Below the pieces are notes generated by a model. It was not told the origin of the DNA and made no database searches. It saw only the letters and a program-made list of their open reading frames with translations. Shown here in pieces: positions 19,822 to 20,216 of a stretch of DNA of 20,216 nucleotides. The DNA is from Fimicolochytrium jonesii (taxonomy: Eukaryota): the NCBI RefSeq assembly GCF_025526975.1, contig NW_026515691.1, positions 496,001 to 516,216 on the forward strand. The letters are read 5' to 3'. The position numbers and the translations under genes were made by a program. Within the stretch, counting starts at the first letter, position 1; each line of letters begins with the position of its first letter.

Positions 19822-20202
19822 CTAGGTAACAACTTGAACAAGGACCCAGTTCATCAGACTTTGACCATGTCGGCGTACAATCATAATAGTTGCGATCAAT
19901 ACGCTTCCAAAATTTGAGCTCCAAGCATCACGACGCGAAACGTCCAGCCCTTTTTCATTCGTCGTGAACACCAAGGTATTCTCCCCTCCATCGATCCTTG
20001 ACAGCACTATCCCTTGCACGCCTCTGTCTAGACCAGGAGCCACGTCGCCTGTTCCGAAGGCTTTGCCGGTCCGGATCGCGGATAAGATCGTCAAGTCCGC
20101 CTTGATCTTGGTGCTCACCGCCCTTTGCGGGATCCTTGACGGGTGCTTCGCGTTTTTGCGGCGTCGATCTTCTCGATCCTGTTTGTATCGGCAGAAATTC
20201 AT
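19822..20202 (-). CDS. Hypothetical protein or exon fragment
   Basis: 126-aa ATG-initiated ORF with plausible composition and a basic N-terminus; no motif recognised. Confidence 0.25.
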   Translation of the reverse strand: MNFCRYKQDREDRRRKNAKHPSRIPQRAVSTKIKADLTILSAIRTGKAFGTGDVAPGLDRGVQGIVLSRIDGGENTLVFTTNEKGLDVSRRDAWSSNFGSVLIATIMIVRRHGQSLMNWVLVQVVT

Positions 20203-20216
20203 TTAACTCCCGCCAA

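Overview
Eukaryotic, fungal-looking genomic DNA. Positions 60-14323 are a nest of three Ty3/gypsy (Metaviridae) chromovirus LTR retrotransposon copies from two families. Family 1 occurs as two truncated, convergent copies. Copy A (+, 60-3955) has the 5' LTR, a tRNA-iMet-type PBS, gag, protease, RT and RNase H. Copy B (-, 4341-8252) has RT, RNase H, integrase, chromodomain, PPT and the 3' LTR. Family 2 occurs as a structurally complete element C (+, 8253-14323) with two LTRs, a Tf1/sushi-type self-priming PBS, an intact gag, a -1 frameshift signal and a frameshifted pol with a chromodomain. C has no target-site duplication and its two flanks are unrelated. The right part of the window holds a fragmented, intron-containing minus-strand gene of unknown function cut off by C's 3' LTR, an F-box protein gene (18328-19296) and weak hypothetical ORFs. 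I found no wholly new system. The best leads are the contrasting priming structures (including a tRNA-3'-end-mimic hairpin over the PBS of A), a TpCpG-biased mutation signature, a dead RT motif (YLDN) shared by A and B, and the apparently recombinant structure of C. All comparisons were made by eye and no database search was run.
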